Shown here: one piece after another, positions 59,092 through 64,000 of the stretch | Layout of the letters: every line of letters begins with the position of its first letter | Position numbering within the stretch: position 1 is the stretch's first letter | NCBI GenBank assembly: GCA_027008645.1 | Contig: JALVEE010000121.1 | Span: forward strand, 6,740 to 70,739 | Direction: 5' to 3' | Source: Saprospiraceae bacterium | GTDB lineage: Bacteria; Bacteroidota; Bacteroidia; Chitinophagales; Saprospiraceae | DNA: 64,000 bases | The notes under the pieces: generated by a model | What the model was told of the DNA's origin: nothing | Database searches by the model: none | Seen by the model: the letters and a program-made list of their open reading frames with translations, nothing else | Program-made: the position numbers and the translations under genes

Positions 59092-60651
59092 ATGAAAAAA
59101 ATAAATTTATATATAACAATTATCTTTCTTTCAATCATAGGAATGGTTTCTTGTGAATTGAATGAAAACCCTACATTCTTGAGTTCGAATAATTTATTTG
59201 AGGATGTAGATGGAGCAAAAATAGCTTTAAACGGTGTTTATGCAGGATTGACAGACTATGGTTATCTGGGTTCTGAATATCACCATACCTTGAATTGGAC
59301 ATCAGGGATGTACAACTCCAATAGAGATGCCAGTCTAAAGGACATTGCAGCATTAAACCCCTCCTCAAATGATAAATTTATCACTAATCTTTGGGCAGGG
59401 ATATACAGAACTATAAGTAGAGCTAATAATGTTATTTCTCAATTGGAAGAAAAGGATTTAGGCAATCCGGCTCAAAGGGATTTTATCCTTGGACAAGCAT
59501 TATTCATTAGAGCTTATGCTTATTTTGATTTGGTAAGAATTTTCGGTAGAGCTCCTATTATCACAAAGCCGATAACAAGTGATAATCCTAATTTTGGTCT
59601 GAGTTCATCACAAGATTTATTTGCTCAAATAATAGAAGACGGAGAAAGAGCTGCTACATTATTGCCACCAAAGGGAGATAACGAATTGGGAAGACCTGCA
59701 AATCTTGCTGCAAATATGCTTTTAGCAAAAGTCTATATGTGGATGGCAGGTAACAAAAAAGCATCAGAAACAGATTTGTGGCAAAAAGCTTATGATAATG
59801 CCATAAAAGTATATGGGAATTATAGCCTGGTGGATAATTTTGGAGATTTATGGCAAGATGATACTAGAAATAATACGACAGAATCAATTTTTGAAATAAT
59901 GGGAAATGTCGAAAACTCTTTTAAATTAATCAAGTATTGGAGTGCAGGCAAATCTCACGTTGGAGGTTTGACTTGGGGACGATTTAAACCAAATCTTGAA
60001 GTTTATGATAGACACCTTGCAACTTATCCCGGTGATCCAAGAATTGGATATTCGTTCAAAACCGAATTCAATAAATACAAACCGGATGGAAGTTTTACCC
60101 TTGTCAAAGCGTATCCTAATTACACAAAAAGAAACAATAAGGAAAAGAGCTATCCTTACGGGTATAAGTATTTCATTAAAAACGAACTCGCTCTAAATAC
60201 AGAATCTAATATGAATTATGTAGCTTACAGATATGCAGATTTGTTGTTGATGCTCGCGGAAATAGAAAATGAATTAAATGGTCCCGCAAATGCTTATCAA
60301 TACGTAAACGAAGTATTGACAAGAGCCAGAAATTCTTCAGATACTTTGGTTACAACTCCTGCAAATTGGAGCGGCTTAACTCAAGATTCATTTAGAGAAG
60401 CAATCACAAAAGAGTATTTCTTTGAATTGCAACAAGAAGGACAAGACTTTTTTAATGTCAGAAGAAGAGGCTATGAGTTTTTTAAAGAATTTGTAATCGA
60501 TGCTCATAATAATCACCCTCTCTATGATTTTAAGAAAAAAAGAGATATTGAACTGTTAGACAACAAAAGGATTATGGTCTTACCGATTCCTGATATTGAG
60601 ATTAATTCCAATCCCAAAATCAGTACTTCAGACCAAAATCCGGGGTATTAA
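59092..60651 (+). CDS. SusD/RagB-family nutrient-binding outer-membrane lipoprotein
   Basis: Lipobox IGMVSC. TPR-like SusD core (ALFIRAYAYFDLVRIFG, YRYADLLLMLAEIENEL, FFELQQEGQDFFNVRR). It lies immediately downstream of the SusC-like gene. Confidence 0.92.
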   Translation: MKKINLYITIIFLSIIGMVSCELNENPTFLSSNNLFEDVDGAKIALNGVYAGLTDYGYLGSEYHHTLNWTSGMYNSNRDASLKDIAALNPSSNDKFITNLWAGIYRTISRANNVISQLEEKDLGNPAQRDFILGQALFIRAYAYFDLVRIFGRAPIITKPITSDNPNFGLSSSQDLFAQIIEDGERAATLLPPKGDNELGRPANLAANMLLAKVYMWMAGNKKASETDLWQKAYDNAIKVYGNYSLVDNFGDLWQDDTRNNTTESIFEIMGNVENSFKLIKYWSAGKSHVGGLTWGRFKPNLEVYDRHLATYPGDPRIGYSFKTEFNKYKPDGSFTLVKAYPNYTKRNNKEKSYPYGYKYFIKNELALNTESNMNYVAYRYADLLLMLAEIENELNGPANAYQYVNEVLTRARNSSDTLVTTPANWSGLTQDSFREAITKEYFFELQQEGQDFFNVRRRGYEFFKEFVIDAHNNHPLYDFKKKRDIELLDNKRIMVLPIPDIEINSNPKISTSDQNPGY

Positions 60652-60674
60652 GAATAACATTTAATTTATGCAAG

Positions 60675-60709
60675 TGAATTCAGTCAGCTGTTTTAGCTGA
60701 CTGAATTCA
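60675..60709 (+). terminator. Strong hairpin (15-bp perfect stem, 5-nt loop) after the SusD-like gene
   Basis: tgaattcagtcagct-gtttt-agctgactgaattca, read directly, 24 nt after the stop at 60651. The trailing T-tract is weak (agtttaacttt). Confidence 0.55.
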
Positions 60710-60875
60710 AGTTTAACTTTATATAGTCACTTTCTAATAAACATACAAATGGAAAAAAGAATTATGGGTAGGAACAGGACAATAGAAAGAATCATTTTTC
60801 TATTGATATACACAATAATAACTATATTAACATATATGCATTTCGTCGAAGCCTATTAATTTGAAATCATTTAAA

Positions 60876-62501
60876 ATGTCAAAGTCATTTAAAATACTAT
60901 TATTGTTCATCAATTTGTCGCTATTTTCAGTTTCTTGTACCAACAAAGAAGTGAAAAATGAACAAAATGATAAGCCCAATATAATCTATATTATGGCTGA
61001 TGATTTGACAACTCAAGCAATCAGTGCTTACGGTGGGATTTATAAAAATATAGCCCCGACTCCAAATATAGATAAATTGGCTGATGAGGGAATTTTATTT
61101 AAAAATGTGATGTGCACAAATGCTATTTGCGGTCCCAGTAGAGCGGCGATTCTTACCGGCAAATACAGTAATATTAACGGCTATTACAAAAATGAAAGTG
61201 GGGGCAAATTCAATGCTAATCAATGGACATTTCCCCAAGAATTTCAGAAAAAAGGCTACCAGACAAGTTTATTTGGAAAATGGCATCTTGGTTCCGAACC
61301 AAAAGGCTTTGACTTTTATAAATATCATATCAGCAGCGGCCAGCAAGGTGTATATTGGAATCCGGAATACAATGAAAATGGTAAAAAAGTTAAAGAAAAC
61401 GGATATGCTACAAATATAACCGCCGACGCATCTATTGATTGGCTAAAAAAAATCCGGAATAAGAAGAAACCGTTTTTAATGCTCCTCCAGTTTAAAGCAC
61501 CCCACAGACCTTGGGAGCCTGATAAAAAATACGAAAAGCTTTGGGATGATATTGAAATGCCCTACCCCGTCACATTTGACGATGACTATAAAGGTAGAGA
61601 ACTGACAGCAGGCGATACCGAAATGACAATGGATTATCTCGCCAATGCAGACCTCAAATTACCAAAACCCGAAGGTTTGGAAGGAGACAAACTGCTGAAA
61701 TGGATTTTTTATGGAGCAGCTAAAGGTGAGATTGTTCAACCCAAAGGAATGTCAAAAGAAGAAGGCAAAAAATGGCGATATCAGATTTATATCAAAGATT
61801 ATTTAGCTTGTGTAAAATCGATAGATGACAATATCGGAAAACTTTTGACTTACCTTAAACAAAATAATCTTGATAAAAATACGGTAATCGTACTGACTTC
61901 CGATCAGGGATTCTATCTCGGTGAACACGGTTTTTTTGATAAGAGGTTTATATATGAAGAGTCACTTAGAATGCCCTTTATAGTAAGATATCCCGCAAAA
62001 ATCCGGAAAAAACAAATAAATACAGATATCATTTCGAATATAGATTTCGCTCCAACATTTTTGGATTTAGCCCAAATCAAAACCAATGAAAAATTGCAAG
62101 GAAGAAGTTTTGCAAATATTATTAAGGGTAAGCCGCTTAAAAATTGGCGCCAGTCTATGTATTATCATTATTATGAATTTCCCTATTGGCATCATGTTCA
62201 ACCACATTACGGAATAAGGACAAAAAGATATACTTTAGCTCATTTCTACTACAATATTGATAAATGGGAGCTTTATGATTTGGAAAAAGATCCTTATCAA
62301 ATAAATAATATCATTGATTCACCTCAATACGAAGATATTGTTATTAAACTAAAAAAAGAATTAAAACAGTTGCAAAAACAATATGGGGATGACTTGCCAT
62401 TGAAAGCATACCGCGAGATAACCGATAAAGACTTTGGTTATATATCTGACGAAGACAATAATGGTAAAGTCAGAGATATTTTAAAACAAGAAACAAAATA
62501 A
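60876..62501 (+). CDS. S1-family sulfatase, N-acetylglucosamine-6-sulfatase-like
   Basis: Lipobox LSLFSVSC, PNIIYIMADDL, and NAICGPSRAAILTGKYSNINGYY. The C-terminal YYHYYEFPYWHHVQPHYGIRTKRYTLAHFY...WELYDLEKDPYQINN resembles hexosamine/hexose-6-O-sulfatases of Bacteroides. ATG 60876 is preferred over TTG 60861. Confidence 0.9.
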   Translation: MSKSFKILLLFINLSLFSVSCTNKEVKNEQNDKPNIIYIMADDLTTQAISAYGGIYKNIAPTPNIDKLADEGILFKNVMCTNAICGPSRAAILTGKYSNINGYYKNESGGKFNANQWTFPQEFQKKGYQTSLFGKWHLGSEPKGFDFYKYHISSGQQGVYWNPEYNENGKKVKENGYATNITADASIDWLKKIRNKKKPFLMLLQFKAPHRPWEPDKKYEKLWDDIEMPYPVTFDDDYKGRELTAGDTEMTMDYLANADLKLPKPEGLEGDKLLKWIFYGAAKGEIVQPKGMSKEEGKKWRYQIYIKDYLACVKSIDDNIGKLLTYLKQNNLDKNTVIVLTSDQGFYLGEHGFFDKRFIYEESLRMPFIVRYPAKIRKKQINTDIISNIDFAPTFLDLAQIKTNEKLQGRSFANIIKGKPLKNWRQSMYYHYYEFPYWHHVQPHYGIRTKRYTLAHFYYNIDKWELYDLEKDPYQINNIIDSPQYEDIVIKLKKELKQLQKQYGDDLPLKAYREITDKDFGYISDEDNNGKVRDILKQETK

Positions 62502-62538
62502 TAAAAAATAATTCCATTTACTATGAAAGCGAGGTCAG

Positions 62539-62754
62539 GGGCGCATTTCATTTTTTCGCACTTAATGCTATTTTTTCTATTTGGATAGACCACCCCACTT
62601 ATGAAATTAATACGGCTTAGAAACTACAGCAATGTGCCGTTAGGTACAAAATATGGGTAAAAAATCTATGCCAACTAAAATGCGTGCCATAGGTACGCTA
62701 TTTTAAACATATCAACAAAACTTCTTGTAAAAAAGCCAAAAAATGAAATGCACC
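62539..62754 (+). mobile_element. Full-length ~216-bp MITE-like element with ~20-bp terminal inverted repeats
   Basis: The left ggcgcatttcattttttcgc and right gccaaaaaatgaaatgcacc match at 18 of 20 positions as inverted repeats. The interior is near-identical to 12297-12517. It is non-coding. Confidence 0.75.
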
Positions 62755-62903
62755 TAACGATTATTATACTCTTTCAGATAATATTTAAACCGTAAATTGA
62801 AAAAAATTGTGTTAATTTGTTGCTAAATAAACAAACACAGTACTTATCTACTATTGTAGAGTGTTGTGTAATTAATTAAATGTAGTTTTAAAATCTATAA
62901 ACA

Positions 62904-64000
62904 ATGAAACACAATAATCACTTCAAAGCAATAGCATCTTTGCTCATTTTAATCCTTGCTTTCAATTTGAGTGCACAAAACAAAGCAAAAAACATACTTT
63001 TTATCGCAGTAGATGACTTAAAACCTCTGTTGAGTAACTACGGACATAAAGAAATGCATACACCTAATTTTGACAGACTTGCTAATATGGGGGTTACATT
63101 TACACACGCTTATGTTCAACAAGCAGTATGTGGTCCCTCAAGAGCCAGTGTTATGACAGGAACTCCTCCTGACAGAACAAGAGTTTGGGATTTGCATACC
63201 AATTTTAGAGAAGCTAATCCTAATCTTGTATCTATGCCGGAATATCTTACTTCTCAAGGATATGAGACGACAGCGATAGGAAAAATATATCACAAAGGCT
63301 CCGCATCTCCCGGACACGATGGGAAATCGTGGAGTATTCCCCATATCATTCCAAGGGATTACGATCCTAAATATGGAGAACCCGCTTTGGAATACTATCA
63401 AAAACCTGAAACAAAAAAAGAAATCGAAAGGCTCGCCAAGGAACTGGTATCTCAGGGGGTCAAAGGTGGTTTGAGAACAAAAATAATGAAAAGGATAAAG
63501 CCCAGTACCGAAATGGTAGATGTTTCTGACGAAGCATATCAAGACGGAATATATACAAAAGAAGCCCTTAAGAGAATGAGAAAACTGGCTAAAGGAGATA
63601 AGCCTTTTTTCCTCGGCGTAGGATTCCAAAAACCACATCTGCCTTTTATAGCCCCTAAAAAATATTGGGATTTATACGATCGTGACAAAATAAAACTATC
63701 ACCCCAACAATCATATAGTGACGGTACTCCTAAAATAGCATACCATACCTATGGTGAATTAAGAGCCTATACCGATATACCTAATAAAGTCAAAAAAGGC
63801 GTGCCCCTACCGGAAGATAAACAAAGGCAACTTATCCACGGATATATGGCCGCTGTATCATACATAGATGCACAATTAGGAAAAATTTTGGATGAATATG
63901 AAAGATTGGGACTTGATAAAAATACAATTATAGTCCTATGGGGAGATCACGGTTATCATCTTGGTGACCATACTTTGTGGTGCAAACACAGTAACTTTGA
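62904..64000 (+). CDS. S1-family sulfatase, iduronate-2-sulfatase-like, C-terminally truncated by the window edge (absent from the ORF track)
   Basis: ATG 62904 is followed by a frame open to base 64000. Signal peptide AIASLLILILAFNLSAQ. NILFIAVDDLKPLLSNYGH...QQAVCGPSRASVMTGTPPD, FQKPHLPF and WGDHGYHLGDH. It is a paralog of 54174-55643. Confidence 0.9.
   Translation, partial: MKHNNHFKAIASLLILILAFNLSAQNKAKNILFIAVDDLKPLLSNYGHKEMHTPNFDRLANMGVTFTHAYVQQAVCGPSRASVMTGTPPDRTRVWDLHTNFREANPNLVSMPEYLTSQGYETTAIGKIYHKGSASPGHDGKSWSIPHIIPRDYDPKYGEPALEYYQKPETKKEIERLAKELVSQGVKGGLRTKIMKRIKPSTEMVDVSDEAYQDGIYTKEALKRMRKLAKGDKPFFLGVGFQKPHLPFIAPKKYWDLYDRDKIKLSPQQSYSDGTPKIAYHTYGELRAYTDIPNKVKKGVPLPEDKQRQLIHGYMAAVSYIDAQLGKILDEYERLGLDKNTIIVLWGDHGYHLGDHTLWCKHSNF

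Noticed and set aside
60749-60859. 36-aa hydrophobic ORF (MEKRIMGRNRTIERIIFLLIYTIITILTYMHFVEAY) between the SusD terminator and the sulfatase gene
   Set aside because: It is too short and compositionally trivial (AT-rich codons give I/L/Y/T). It has no recognisable motif and no evident ribosome-binding context.
63138-63638. 166-aa minus-strand ORF
   Set aside because: It is antisense to the clearly sulfatase-like plus-strand frame that starts at 62904 (CGPSR motif, DDLKPLL). The plus frame was missing from the ORF track only because it has no stop codon within the window.
1-64000. Scan for tRNA, rRNA, riboswitch-like leaders, integrase/transposase or phage genes
   Set aside because: I recognised no cloverleaf-like GGTTCGAATCC-type T-arm contexts, rRNA segments or recombinase motifs. 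The only mobile DNA seen is the non-autonomous TIR element family. This was a by-eye scan, so small RNAs could have been missed.

Overview
AT-rich segment (about one-third GC by eye) of a Bacteroidota chromosome, probably marine or aquatic. The phylum call rests on SusC/SusD, a hybrid two-component regulator, GldH, T9SS C-terminal sorting domains and TAnnTTTG promoter boxes. Positions 1-38.4 kb are mostly housekeeping or envelope genes: purD, proline dehydrogenase, rimK plus a deacylase, a LolE-type permease, the complete nqrABCDEF Na+-NADH:quinone reductase operon with gldH directly behind it, a fused CcsBA cytochrome c biogenesis protein, an SPFH module, two orphan ATPases and two T9SS cargo proteins. 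Positions 39.2-64 kb are a polysaccharide utilisation locus that runs off the right edge. It contains an HTCS regulator, four S1 sulfatases with intact C-x-P-S-R motifs, two GH94 glycoside phosphorylases (one very close to cellobiose phosphorylase), a GPH-family symporter, a GH51-like clan GH-A hydrolase, a mutarotase-like protein and a SusC/SusD pair. I consider the sulfatase plus cytoplasmic phosphorylase combination the most interesting functional feature. Non-coding structure is also notable. A ~220-bp MITE-like element with ~20-bp terminal inverted repeats occurs three times, and a mini-element with related ends occurs once. A short tandem-repeat family (core gaacctKaaacatt) fills an abnormal 399-bp gap between nqrA and nqrB and reappears as a 14-bp x ~8 array just upstream of the second GH94 gene. 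I saw no rRNA, tRNA, CRISPR array, transposase or integrase. All family assignments come from reading motifs, not from database searches.
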